DNA of 64,000 nucleotides from Rhizophagus irregularis. Its lineage: Eukaryota. Below, one piece after another: positions 40,039 to 53,172 of this stretch. The position numbers and the translations under genes are program-made. The stretch is from assembly GCF_026210795.1 (NCBI RefSeq), contig NC_089435.1:2604001-2668000 (forward strand). The letters are read 5' to 3'. The first letter of the stretch is position 1; each line of letters opens with the position of its first letter. The notes beneath the pieces were generated by a model. It saw nothing but the letters and a program-made list of their open reading frames with translations, was not told the DNA's origin and did no database searches.

Positions 40039-40376
40039 AAAAAAAGTCAATCCGTTTTTTATATTCCATCTTTTTTCTTTAAATGGCTCATATTTCCGGA
40101 ATTAATAGCCTTATATTACGGAATTTATCAAATTCTTTACATTTTCCGTGAATGGATCCGTGAAAGGCTCATTTTTACGGAGTTTTTAGAGAAATAACGG
40201 ATAAAATTTTCTATAGGGCGTAAAATGCGGCACACTTTGTCAAGCACGGCTCGCCATACGAAATGACGTAAATTTCTTTATAGAGTTTCCTAAATAAATT
40301 AGCTTGTGTAAGACGTTTTAAATTATGAATTAAATTTTGTACAATTAAAAAAAAATAGTTTGCAAAAGAAATTAAC

Positions 40377-42000
40377 ATGTCTGAAAAGTCTAATAGGAAC
40401 TTCGAAAATTTCAGAAGTAATAATTCAAATACTTTGAGTGAATATGAATATAGAAAAAATAAATATGGTTTGTGTACCAAGTGTGAACAACCAAAAACCT
40501 CTGCTGAATGGTGCCAAGATTGCAATAGTAAAAGATTTCAACATGATTTTGATAAATGGACTAGTGGAAATCAATATATTGACAAGTTTATTCAAGAAAC
40601 TCAACTGAAAGCAGGAAATGAAATTGAAGTTTTAGAATGGATTCCTTACAATAGATTTAGAAATATTAAATATCTTTCTAAAGGTGGATTTAGCACTGTC
40701 TATAAGGCTATTTGGTTAGATGGGTATATAGTATGTTGGGGCATAACATCATGGAAAAGGTACACTGTTTCATTTAGGCATTATAATAACCATGAAATTG
40801 TAAAAGAAGTTAAATCACCTCTTAATAAAAATGAAAAAAGGGGATTTGATGTTGTATTAAAGAGTTTAAATAATTCATCAAATATTAATGATGATTTCTT
40901 AAACGAAGTAAGTTATTCTTTTTAAAAAAAAGTACATATTTGTTTTAGTTTAATTAATATTATTGTTTAATTTTTAGTTAAAAATCCATTTTCAATGTGT
41001 GTCACGTTCAAGTCGTATTTCTAGTTCAGCCGTACACATATATGGGATAACGCAAGACCCAGAAACGTCAAATTATATGATGGTAATGAGATTTATGAAT
41101 GAAGGAAGTCTTAGAACTAATTTAAGGAAAAGATGTGATTTTCAAAGATATCATAGTTTAGTGTATATTGCAAAAGCACTTTATTTCATGGTGATTTTCA
41201 TAGTGGAAATATACTTCTAAATAAAGCTATTAATGTTATAAGCGACTTTGGATTAAGTAGACCAGTAAATAAATCTACTAATACAAATGAAATTTATGGA
41301 GTGATTCCTTACATGGCTCCAGAAGTATTGCGTGGGAAGCCATATACTAAAGCTGCTGATATTTATTCTTTTGGAATTATTATGTGGGAACTTACATCTG
41401 GTATTCTGCTTTCAATAACAGACCTCATGATTTTGACCTTTCTTTAGATATTTGTAAAGGATTGAGACCCAAAATTGTTGAAAGCACATTACCTATATAT
41501 GAAAGATTAATGAAGAGGTGTTTGAATTCTGATCCTAATAAAAGACCAACAGCTGATGAATTAGTAGAAATCCTTTCTATTTGGATTTATTATTATCTAA
41601 AACGTGGTAAAAAAATTGAAATACCAATTCCTAGTAAGTCAAAAAAAAAAAATTTAATATTTTTATTGAGTTAATTTAATTTATTTCTTATTTAATTGTA
41701 AAAGTATATTTTATCTAATTTTATTTATTTAAACTTTTTAGACAACGAACCTATTACTAAAAATCATCCATTATCTTGTTATACAAGCAAAAAAATCAAT
41801 TATTCTGCGAAGCTAAATGAAATATTAACACAGGAAGAATTAAGCACTAAAATTGTAGTATACGAAGAAAAATTATTAAGTGAAAGTTTAGGTGTATATA
41901 TATATTTTTTTGAACTCATAAGTAATAATATAAAAGCCTAAATCTAATTCCGTCGTTATTATTTTTTTATTTATTAGAAACTTGTATGATTTTAGATTAG
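40377..42000 (+). pseudogene. Frameshifted paralog of the 23346-25002 kinase
   Basis: Same exon layout and motifs (WTSGNQYIDKFIQ, KGGFSTVYKA, GITQDPET, HGDFHSGN, GVIPYMAPE). A deletion just before HGDFH (~41180) and a 1-nt loss at GGTATTCTGCT (~41405) break the frame. Confidence 0.85.
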
Positions 42001-42626
42001 GTAAATTATAAAATTATTTTTGATTTATTTTCGATCACAACTAATAAATAATAATGATTATAAAAAAACTTTCATATTAATAATTACTAAATTGGGAAAA
42101 GGAATTTTTTTATTTTTATACGAAAGGTACAATAGATATTTATTTATTTTTTTTTTAAAAAAAAAATATTTACCTAATTTAGATTTATTGGGATCTTAGA
42201 AGCCTTTTTATCATAGCAGCTTTGCACAAATACACATTCAGATTCATGATTGTACAGTACGTTAAAAAGAAAGGATAATTTGAATTATGAATAACCTGGT
42301 TACTTCTTACTTCTTTATCTCATCCAGCTCCCAAACCTCGTTGTTCCGAATGAACAATATTCTATATTTATACAATTCCTTATTTACCAGAAAATTTCAA
42401 TTATATTTTGTATATTTGATATTGAGAATTTTGAATTTAAGTAATATTCAGTTAATATTCTGTCACTTTCAAATTTAAATTGTTAGTATTTTAAATAATT
42501 TTAAATAATGACAATTGTTTCCTACGATTAAATAATTCAATCAATTTATTTAAAAATTTTTTAAAGTCGAAATCCACTTTCATTATTTCAAACTTGTAAT
42601 TGTCATATGTAATCACCACCAAAAAC

Positions 42627-43014
42627 TACTGCACGTGATCAATTTTGCCGATCATAACTAAAAATGGCTAGAGCAATTTATCAAAAATTTGGTTTTTTTT
42701 TAAACTAAACTTATAATATAGGAATGCTTACCTTCCAAGTTTTGACTTTAGTTAAAAGAGAGTTACGAATGCCATTTTTAACTTCTATATTGAATTCCAA
42801 AAGTCGACTTTATTAAGAAATTGGTATTCAAAATCTCCATTTTTTCTCTAAGTAAATTTGCAGAAAAAAAGTAAAAATGCGGTAGGGTTTGATTTTAAAA
42901 ACTGCATGATACTTTTACTAAGTTTATCTGAAAAACAAGAACATGAAATTTTTTTCGGTAAATTTTTATCATCTATTTTTGGAAATGAACTGCAAATTTG
43001 ATCACGTGCCAGTA
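42627..43014. mobile_element. Probable MITE
   Basis: TACTGCACGTGATCAATTTTGC mirrors GCAAATTTGATCACGTGCCAGTA. Confidence 0.65.
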
Positions 43015-43375
43015 ATTTTCTGGGGAAATCCCGAACCACATGACAGATATTTAAAGCTACAAGTTGAAACGTTCGTTATTGATTAGTATTGATCTTTTTA
43101 TGTCTTTTGGAATTTCTGAATTCTGATAGCGTTAATTATTCTCAAGCTTTCCGGTGGGCGTTCCAATCCGAACCTATCCACCCTATCGCGTTATTATTTT
43201 TACGATCATATATAACCAATGATCTTTATAGAATATTTAGCATCCATATTAATGGTGTCAAAATTATATTAAATCTTCTACTCCCTTTTATTTATATTTG
43301 TAGTATTGATTTCAAAACCAATGTTTGGAAATTACGTAACGAAAAATGAAAATGTAAACAGATGGATATGGGTAT

Positions 43376-44000
43376 TGTTACGATAAAAAACGATGTGACG
43401 AAATCACGTGATATAACCGTTGATCGATGGTAATGATTAATATTACCGTTGGATGATATAACGGGAGGATCAATGTTCGAAATGTTTGATATATCAAATA
43501 TATCAAATATATTAGATATATTGCACATATTAAATATATCACACATGTTAAACATATCAAACATTTTAAACATTTTTAGCTTAGTGTTTTTACATATAAA
43601 TAGATGCGTTATTTTTTTATGTATTTAAGATAGATATCCAAGTCACTAAGATATTAAGTGATAATTTATTGATATTAAATAAAAATATTTTTATTGTTAT
43701 AAATATCTTTGGTTATCTCATTGTTAATTGTTGTCATATACACCTAACCTATTGTTTTATTGTCATTTATTGTCATAATCCTTTATTTGTGTCTGATCGT
43801 ATTTGCCATTGGGAGTGCAATACTTTATTCACATCTGATCGGATTTGAAGTAAATTTGGTCAATTGTAATTTAGAGATATTAATTTTATTTATTAAACTT
43901 GCATTAACTATCGTTATATTACATATACACATATACCTTCTGCTTACCCTAAATAATCTTTTGTTTATATTAATAAACGATAAAAGAACTGATATTAACA
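43376..44000. mobile_element. Solo LTR (625 bp)
   Basis: Termini TGTTA...TAACA with a 4-bp TSD GTAT (43372-75 and 44001-04). Contains 9-bp ATAT..... tandem repeats, TATATAAA and AATAAA. Removal restores the LINE peptide MDMGITKKDFKAY. Confidence 0.75.
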
Positions 44001-44069
44001 GTATTACAAAAAAGGACTTTAAGGCGTATAGTCAAAATTATCGCCAATCAACTAATTCATGGGCGGATG

Positions 44070-44746
44070 AGCATAAGCGAACATCCCGATTTTATCACAA
44101 TTTTTCTGATCATCTGTAGATCATTTGTCGATCATTTAATCAATTTTATCACTTCGCAATAATTAAGTTAATTAACTTCGATTGAAAAATTCTACATAAT
44201 AATATATACTCAAATTTTGCATACAGTTTAATATTGGTTTGAAATTACTGTATATGAAATTTTATTTGGATCGCATTACTATTGGATAACTTTTACTAGT
44301 AGAAACTTTTAAATTTTAAGCATTTTTTTATTAACCTTATAACAATTGCAAGTCTTTATTTAATGATAACTTCTTGGTTATTAAAAATTATTCTTGGTTA
44401 TTTTAGCCATTAATTCTTGAATACCTAATTAATATATTGTAAAAGTTTCAAATTTCGCCCGAACATCTGTGGCTTCGCCCGAAGCTCCAAAGTCCGATTA
44501 GGAAATGATCAGCATATATATCAAATATTGAAAATTTCGGCCTAAAAGCTAACTTTGGCGCCACATTTTATTTTGCTACAAAATTTTTATACTAAATTAT
44601 TAATATATTATACTATTAAAAAAACAATTTAAAATAATTTTTTAGAATATTTATGGCCTGGAATAAAGTCTCAAAATTAGTGTGATATTACATATAATAT
44701 GATCGGCAAATGATCAGCAAGGTGATATAAGCATGTTCGCTATGCT
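44070..44746. mobile_element. Mutator-type (9-bp TSD) non-autonomous element
   Basis: TIR AGCATAAGCGAACAT / ATGTTCGCTATGCT with an exact 9-bp TSD GGGCGGATG. Removal restores NSWADATSTQTRTHR in frame. Confidence 0.85.
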
Positions 44747-45954
44747 GGGCGGATGCCACATCTACGCAAACTCGCACACATCGATCTTGTGATCATAATT
44801 ATATTAATCCTTATTGTGATTTTAGAAATTTTAAATTACACAAATATTTTCTTTATATTTTATTTTTTTCATCTAATTTTTACATAGTGGTACTTTTTAT
44901 AAACATCTAGAATCTAATGATTTTAATAATTATACCTCCCGTATTAACTTAGACGAACGATTTATTTATAATGTCTAGTTTCCTACACCTTTAAATATTA
45001 GAATCTCTTATAATTTAGGTCTTTTTTTTTTCTTTTAGTTGTACCATTGCGTTGGCTATTACTCCTTTATTGGTCGTGGTATTGGGTAGAACCTCAGGAT
45101 TCTTTTAATTAGAAGTAAGGGTCTGGCTTTGCTAGATGACAGGTTCTATGTTATGCTGTCTTTCTTCGGATCGAATATAGCTATTTCTTTAATCTTGCCA
45201 ACTTCACATAAAATAAATAAATTAGTATTGATCTTTATAAGACTTATTATTGGTTACTTAAAATTAATGTTGGACTTGGCTCACTTGCTTTGATTAATAT
45301 ATGAAATAAAATTTTTTTTCAAATTTGATAAATACTTTTAACCATTAGAGTACCAGTTGGTACAGCATGTGTTATTCTTACAAAGTTAACAACAGATCAT
45401 CTCAATTGACTATCAAAATCTACGTCACATTCAAGATGATGAAGATCGAGGTATCCCTTCCAAAAGTGTTCATTATTTTTATAATCAGAATTGATAATAA
45501 TATGACGTGTTAAAATGTTTGTTCGAGGAGATAAAATAGCAAAATTTAGTTCGTCATAGAAATGCTTCCACCAAAGGCTTGTTTAAAATTTCGAAGTTAG
45601 AATGTATCATCTGGTATGGAATTATAGATTATTTTTTTTTTTCTGATTAATGATTATTGCGGTTATTGCAACTTATTAAGGACTTAAATTTAAGAGTATT
45701 ATAAATATACTTTCTCCTTTTTTGTTCTCATTACCTTCACTTTCTTATTTGTTTTGAACTATTTATTTTTTGTACGAAAGAGTAAGAGAATGCTGAAAAA
45801 AAAAAATTGGAAAAGTGAGAGGATTGTTAAAATTGATGCTTTTACACAGTAATACATAAAAATCTTATCACGTTATTCGTCTTCTACGATATGATTTTAA
45901 TTTTGAATTTTGATAAGACAGAAACTTTGTACGGAAATACATATAGCTAAAAAT

Positions 45955-46150
45955 GTTATGAGAGCTCCTGCTAATGAATACATTGGACTTTTACCAATTA
46001 AATTACAAGGTAGACTAATTTGTCCTGGAGGGACCTTTAGTGGACTTTTCTTCTCTGAGGAACTTAAATTTGCCTTAGAAAATGGTTACCAATTACTAGA
46101 AATGAAACTAGCCTATTCTTTTAAGAGAGGGGCAAATACTTTCTTACGAA
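45955..46150 (+). pseudogene. Fragment of a protein-primed/organellar B-family DNA polymerase (DNA_pol_B_2, dpo-like)
   Basis: APANEYIGLLPIKLQGRLICPGGTFSGLFFSEELKFALENGYQLLEMKLAYSF matches the LP.K...LI.P.G.F.G.(Y/F)FSEEL..A...GY pattern of plasmid/mitochondrial DNA polymerase B. Confidence 0.75.
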
Positions 46151-47096
46151 AATAAATATTAAGTATACAAAATTTAAAGCTGTTTTAACTTGCCACAGTG
46201 AGTTTTTTTTTTTATAATAGATAATTTATTTTTATTGTGCCACCATTTGGCGTAAATTCTAACATAATATAAACATAGAAAATTCAGATTTTTTTGGCTT
46301 TGTTTTCTGATTTCTCTAAGTTATCGTTGTTTCAAATGGTTAGTGCCCTACACTTTTTTGAAATCGGTATATTTAAAAACCACGATTTTGAAAAATTAAA
46401 AAATGAACTCTATTTTTGATTTTGGAATATGTAAATACAACGAACAATTAGTAAAGATTAGAGGGGAGGAATTTGTATTTTGAATGATTTAACAAATTTC
46501 TTAAATTATTTCATTATTGATTTACAAATGGGTCCTTTACGGATTTTAACAAGTCGAAGTTATGACTTTAAACTAGCATACTAGGTAATTGGAATTTATA
46601 AATATAATTGTTAATAAATATATCTCTAAAAATTAAAACATATTAAGAATAATTAAGAATACAAATTCGCTCTTACGAAATCTTTGATTCATTGGAAAAA
46701 TTTAGAAAGTGAATATAATTATGATAATAGAAGAAATTTTTTTTAGACGTAAACTTAATCCTCATCTGGGCACAATATAACATTAATTTTTAAATATGGC
46801 TAGGGGAAAAGATTTCAATTAAGTAATATTTTCCATCAGCGCTTTCAAACGACTCAAACGATTTAGCTCACACCACTTGCTGTAAAAGGATTTTAACCGT
46901 GAACAATTAATAGTTTATTTCAATTACGTGCTTTCATATTAGCAATATTAGTAAACAATTCCAAAATCTTTTTTCCAAAAGATAAAAGATGTAGTATTAA
47001 CGTCTTATTAACCAAATAAATATGACATAGTATTTACTGTTAATAATTTTCTACATTACATAAATAAATGTACATACTGTATATACATATTTAAGT

Positions 47097-47618
47097 AGGT
47101 CCCAGAAAATACATATACAGGGGTAGGTAGGGTACACAGATGTGTCGTCATCATAGTGGAATTAGACGGTGATTTGCGTACAATTTAAGAATTTTTCATC
47201 CATAGTTAGGTCATCAAGATTGCGTTTTTTTTATCAAAATTTTTATATGTAAAAAATTAGTTTGCGTATTTTGGGCTAATTTTATATATATAATACTGTA
47301 TATTTACTGTACGTTAAGCGCATTGTAATATTTGGTATTAATTGAAAGAAATTTCTAAGGGTTAAAAAGTGAAATTTTGGTAAATTAGAATAAATTCTAT
47401 TTTTCACATTAGTATTTGGTTTTATAAATAATATAAAATCATGATAAAATAATTTATAACTTTATAACTTAATGTCTGGAGTTTTATTTGCGTATTTTTG
47501 CAGGATTTTCAATATCAGGTGTCAATTATACGTACTATTCATATAGAAGTCACTGCGTACAGCTCATAGTAAAAAAATTTTTCGCCACCTGTCCCCTATA
47601 TATATATTTCTGGGTCCT
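47097..47618. mobile_element. AGG(T/A)CCC-terminated non-autonomous element (522 bp)
   Basis: TIR AGGTCCCAGAAAATACATATACAGGGG / CCCCTATATATATATTTCTGGGTCCT with an 8-bp TSD ATTTAAGT / ATCTAAGT (one mismatch). Confidence 0.8.
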
Positions 47619-47727
47619 ATCTAAGTTACTATCTAAGTTAGGGTGAAATAAATCTTTTTAATTGCATTTGCTTTAATAAATCAGTCTAATCGAGATTCTA
47701 AGATAAAATTTTTAGAATTTATGTTAT

Positions 47728-50700
47728 CTATTTTAATAAAAAATTTAAACCTTTTTCAGCCTCTTGGCATCCATTTTCTGCAGCTTTTTTGTACCAATAA
47801 ATAGCATTCTCAATATTTTTTTCGGCTCCTTCTCCTCGTTCGTATAAAGATGCTAGGCTATATTGTGCATCAACATTTCCTCTCTCTGCAGCCATCTTAA
47901 AGTAATTAAATGCCTTTTCTTTATCAATATCAATCTGAGTTCCATAATTATAAATATACCCAACTTTATATTGAGCATCTATATATCCTTGATCTGCTGA
48001 TTTCATATAGAATTCAAATGCACGTCTTTCATTTTTATCAACACCTTTATCTAATTCATAAAATTCACCTAGTTTATATAATGCAAGTTTATTATCATTT
48101 TCGGCAGCTTTATGATACCAATAATTAACCTTGTCTAAATCATTTACTAGTTCTTCATCACTTTCAATAAGGTTAATTCGGATATTAGTGCCAGCTGCCT
48201 CATTATATAATTCAAATCCTTTTTCTTTATTAATTTCAGTTCCAATACCATTTATATAACAATATCCAAGTTGAAATTTTGCACTAATGTCTCCATTTTC
48301 GGCCGATTTTTCATAAAATTCAAATGCTTTTGATTTATTAATTTCAGTTCCAATTCCTTCTTCATAATAATATCCAAGTTGATACTGAGCATTTATATAA
48401 TCTTTTTCTGCTAAATCTTTCATTAATTCAAATGCTTTTAATTTATTGATTTCAGTTCCAATTCCTTTACTGTAGTAATAGGCAAGTTTGTATTGAGCAA
48501 TTATATTATCTTTTTCTGCTAAATCTTTCATTAATTCAAATGCTTTTGATTTATTGATTTCAGTTCCAATTCCTTCTTCATAATAATATCCAAGTTGATA
48601 CTGAGCATTTATATAATCTTTTTCTGCTAAATCTTTTATTAATTCAAATGCTTTTAATTTATTGATTTCAGTTCCAATTCCTTTACTGTAGTAATAAGCA
48701 AGTTTGTATTGAGCATTTATATTATCTTTTTCTGCTAAATCTTTCATTAATTCAAATGCTTTTGATTTATTGATTTCAGTTCCAATTCCTTCTTCATAAT
48801 AATATCCAAGTTGATACTGAGCATTTATATAATCTTTTTCTGCTAAATCTTTTATTAATTCAAATGCTTTTAATTTATTGATTTCAGTTCCAATTCCTTT
48901 ACTGTAGTAATAAGCAAGTTTGTATTGAGCATTTATATTATCTTTTTCTGCTAAATCTTTTATTAATTCAAATGCTTTTAATTTATTGATTTCAGTTCCA
49001 ATTCCTTTACTGTAGTAATAAGCAAGTTTGTATTGAGCATTTATATTATCTTTTTCTGCTAAATCTTTCATTAATTCAAATGCTTTTGATTTATTGATTT
49101 CAGTTCCAATTCCTTCTTCATAATAATATCCAAGTTGGAATTGAGCATCTACATCATCTTTTTCTGCTAAATCTTTCATTAATTTGAATGCTTTTGATTT
49201 ATTGATTTCAGTTCCAATTCCTTTACTGTAGTAATAAGCAAGTTTGTATTGAGCATTTATATATTCTTTTTCTGCTAAATCTTTCATTAATTCAAATGCT
49301 TTTTTATCATCTTTATTAACTCCCTCCCCATATTGATATAATATAGCTAAATCAAATTGTGCAATAGTAACTCCTTTTTTAGCAGCTATATTATATAATT
49401 CAAATGCTTTTGATTTATTAATTTCAGTTCCAATTCCCTTATTATAATAACATCCAAGTTGATATTGAGCATTTAAATCATTATTTTCTGCTAAATCTTT
49501 TATAAGTTCAAATGCTTTTTTATCATCTTTATTAACTCCCTTCCCATATTGATATAATATAGCTAAATCAAATTGTGCAATAGTAATTCCTTTTTTAGCA
49601 GCTATATTATATAATTCAAATGCTTTTGATTTATTAATTTCAGTTCCAATTCCTTTATCATAGTAACAACCAAGTTGATATTGAGCATCTACATCATCTT
49701 TTTCTGCTAAATCTTTCATCAATTTAAATGCTTTTGATTCATTGATTTCAGTTCCAATTCCTTCACTATAGTAATAAGCAAGTAGAAATTGAGCATCTAC
49801 ATCATCTTTTTTTGCTAAATCTTTCATTAATTTAAATGCTTTTGATTTATTGATTTCAGTTCCAATTCCTTTTTCATAATAATATCCAAGTTGGAGTTGA
49901 GCATCTACATCATCTTTTTCTGCTAAATCTTTCATTATTTCAAATGCTTTTGATTTATTGATTTCAGTTCCAATTCCTTCTTTATAATAATATCCAAGTT
50001 GGAATTGAGCATCTACATAATCTTTTTCTGCTAAATCTTTCATTAATTCAAATGCTTTTGATTTATTGATTTCAGTTCCAATTCCTTCTTCATAATAATA
50101 TCCAAGTTGGAATTGAGCATCTACATCATCTTTTTCTGCTAAATCTTTCATTAATTCAAATGCTTTTGATTTATTGATTTCAGTTCCAATTCCTTCTTCA
50201 TAATAATATCCAAGTTGGAATTGAGCATCTACATCATCTTTTTCTGCTAAATCTTTCATTAATTCAAATGCTTTTGATTTATTGATTTCAGTTCCAATTC
50301 CTTCTTTATAATAATATTCAAGTTGGAATTGAGCATCTACATCATCTTTTTCTGCTAAATCTTTCATTAATTCAAATGCTTTCTTCTCATCTTTAGTAAC
50401 TCCTTCTCCAAATTGATATAATATAGCTAAATTAAATCGTGCTTCATTGCTCCCCTTTTCAGATACTTTTTTACATAATTCAAATGCTTTTACTTTATTA
50501 ATTTCAGTTCCAATTCCTTTATTATAGTAGTAAGCAAGCTTATAATTTGCATCTAAATCTCCTTTTTCTGCTAATTTTTTAATTATTTCAAATGCCTTTT
50601 CTTCATTTTTATCAACTCCTTCTCCTAATTCATACAGAAAACTCAAATTAAATTGTGCTTCACTATTTCCTTTTTCTGCTGCTACTTTGTATAATTCAAA

Positions 50701-53172
50701 TGCTTTTACTTTATTAATATCAATTCCAATTCCTTCATCATAACAATAACCAAGTTGAAATTTTGCATTTATATTTCCTTGTTCAGCTAAAAGTTTATGG
50801 AATTCAAAAGCATTTCTCCCATCTCTTCTTACACCTTTATTTTTTTTATAATGACTAATCCAATCAAATGGTAACCCTTCATTTTCATTTTCTGCCACTA
50901 TTCGAACTTTGCTAAAAATATTATCTTGATTATTTTTCGTAAATTTAGTTATAAAGTTCCTGAAACCTTTAAAACTTGGTCTTTTTTGAAATTTAATTTC
51001 TTTAATATTACTTATTTTTAACTTTTGCCTTTTATTATAGTACTTTAAAAGATTATCGTTTGCAATAATATTTCCATTGTTTGTTGCTTTTTCATACCAA
51101 CATTTAGCTTGTATTTTATCTATTCTTGTTCCAATCCCATTATAATAACAATTTCCCAGTTGACATTGAGCATCTGAAATTTCTTGTTTAGCCAAAATTT
51201 CATAATATTTAAATGCTTTAATTTCATCTTTTTCGACTCCTTTTCCTAACCTAAAACAGTTTGCAAGATAAAGTTTTGCACTTTTATTTCCGCTTTTAGC
51301 TGCTTTTTTATACCAATGTACTGATTTTATAATATCTTTTGCAGTTCCAATGCCAAATTCATAACAATTTCCTAAATAGAATTGTCCAATAATACTGTCA
51401 TTCTTTGCAGATTTTTGATACCAATTAAATGTCAAGTTTTTATTACTCTCAATTCCAAATCCATGATAATAACATTTTCCAAGATAAACTTGTGCAGTCA
51501 AATAATTGTCTTCAGATGCTTTTAAGAATAATTTGAATGCTTTTGTACTATTTTCCTCTGTACCAATATTATAATAATAAAGTAGTCCAAGTAAATAAAT
51601 ATATTGTGGATTTACTTGTTTAGTTAGCCATTTAACGAGATTATCTGAACTTTGATTCAATTCTAATATTTGCTGATTGATAAATCGTTGAAAATCTTGA
51701 AAATTAATACTTTCCTTATCATGTTTCCTATTTATAACCTTAATTAACTTTTGAACAATTATATTATTAGTCTTATCAAATGTTGACCCATATGAAATTT
51801 TTGACATATTTGTTTGAATTGATGTACTTGATAAATTATTTTCACAACTTATATTTAATCCAGTATATGATATCAATTCATTATTTAAATCCACGGTTTC
51901 GATTGATTTAGAAGTCGTTTCACATTTTTCCAGTTGATTATTTTCTTTTTCTTTATTAACATTAACAGTATTAATTATACCTTCTTGTTTGGGAAATATT
52001 ATTTCATAAAGGATAGAAACGACATTCTGTATATTTGGACGTTCATCCGGATCATCTTTCCAACATTCTAGTTAAATAAATTACATTACTAAACTTTCGA
52101 TCAATGAATTAATAAAATTAAAATATTAAAAATATTAATTACCTGTATATAAATTACTATATTCTATAGGAGTATTATCAATAGTTTTTTCTCGTTTTCC
52201 ATTTACTATGGACAAGGACAAACTTACGTCATAATCATAATCAGAAAATGGTTGACGGCCACTTGAAATTTGCCACATCAAAACTCCGATGCTGTATACA
52301 TCAGATTTCTTGTTTAATTTGTAACCTTGTTCATATAACTTTTTCGGATCAATAAAAGGTATTACGCCAAGTATTTTTGATGTATTGCTTGATGCTTCAG
52401 AAATTTTTTTTGATAAACCAAAGTCTGTTAACTTTATCTTTTTCTGATGTACTAGTATATTATCTCCATGCTATAATAATAAATGGAATTTTATTAAAAC
52501 GAATATAATAAATTAATCTATTATCAAATTACAAAATTAATTCATTATTACCAGATCACGATGAATTATATTACAATCATGTAAACATTCTACCGCATTT
52601 GCTAGTTGAAATGCCAACTGATATTTATCAATCCAATTAAGTTCATTACAATGCTTATTTAAATAACTTTTTAGTGTACCATTGTCGGCATATTCCAAGA
52701 CTAACGAATATTTTTCTGGATAAAAAAAAGAGAGTATTTTAAACCAAATTATTATTGTAGCACATGCTAGAACTTGAAACTTACCAGTTTCCACTTTCGT
52801 GATGCCGTAAAACCGTATAATATTTTCATGATAATCAACTCTTTTTTGTAATTTTATCTGGAAAAGAAAACCATATTTTAATTTTAATATTTGAAATTTA
52901 TAACAAAGTTAATTGAGATTAATTACCTCATTAACAAGTTCTTTTAACATTATATTGTCATAATATTTAAAAGTTTTTAAAGCAAAAAAAATTCCAGCAT
53001 TTTTCCAATTAGCACGAACGACATTTCCATGTGAACCATTTCCTATAGATTCTAAATTTTTAAATTCAGAATATTCATAATAATTGAGATATTCATTTGC
53101 AATCGATTTTTCTAACCACTTGATATAATAATTTGGTTCTTTAGGGTCAGTCTCTTTCGTTTCTTTTGACAT
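47728..53172 (-). CDS. TKL-type protein kinase fused to ~32 SEL1-like repeats, 5 exons
   Basis: MSKETK... at 53172; [74 protein letters not shown]. The last exon runs in frame into the 1388-aa SEL1 ORF ([25 protein letters not shown]...). Confidence 0.92.
48200..50780 (-). repeat. 108-bp (36-aa) coding tandem array of highly similar SEL1 units
   Basis: TTCAGTTCCAATTCC and CTTTTTCTGCTAAATCTTT recur with a 108-bp period. About 24 contiguous units, several nearly identical. Confidence 0.95.

Larger units (their letters stand above)
43105..45221 (+). mobile_element. Second LINE 3' fragment of the same family, with two nested insertions
   Basis: YSQAFRWAF...RSYITNDL...FKTNVWK and NPYCDFRNFKLHK.FLYILF parallel the first copy. 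The same 3' UTR ends AATCTTGCCAACTTCACATAAAATAAATAAA. Confidence 0.85.

Noticed and set aside
43292..44119. ORFs 43292-43573, 43378-43560 and 43760-44119
   Set aside because: They derive from 9-bp tandem repeats and AT-rich sequence inside the solo LTR. Only the end of 43760-44119 is LINE coding sequence.
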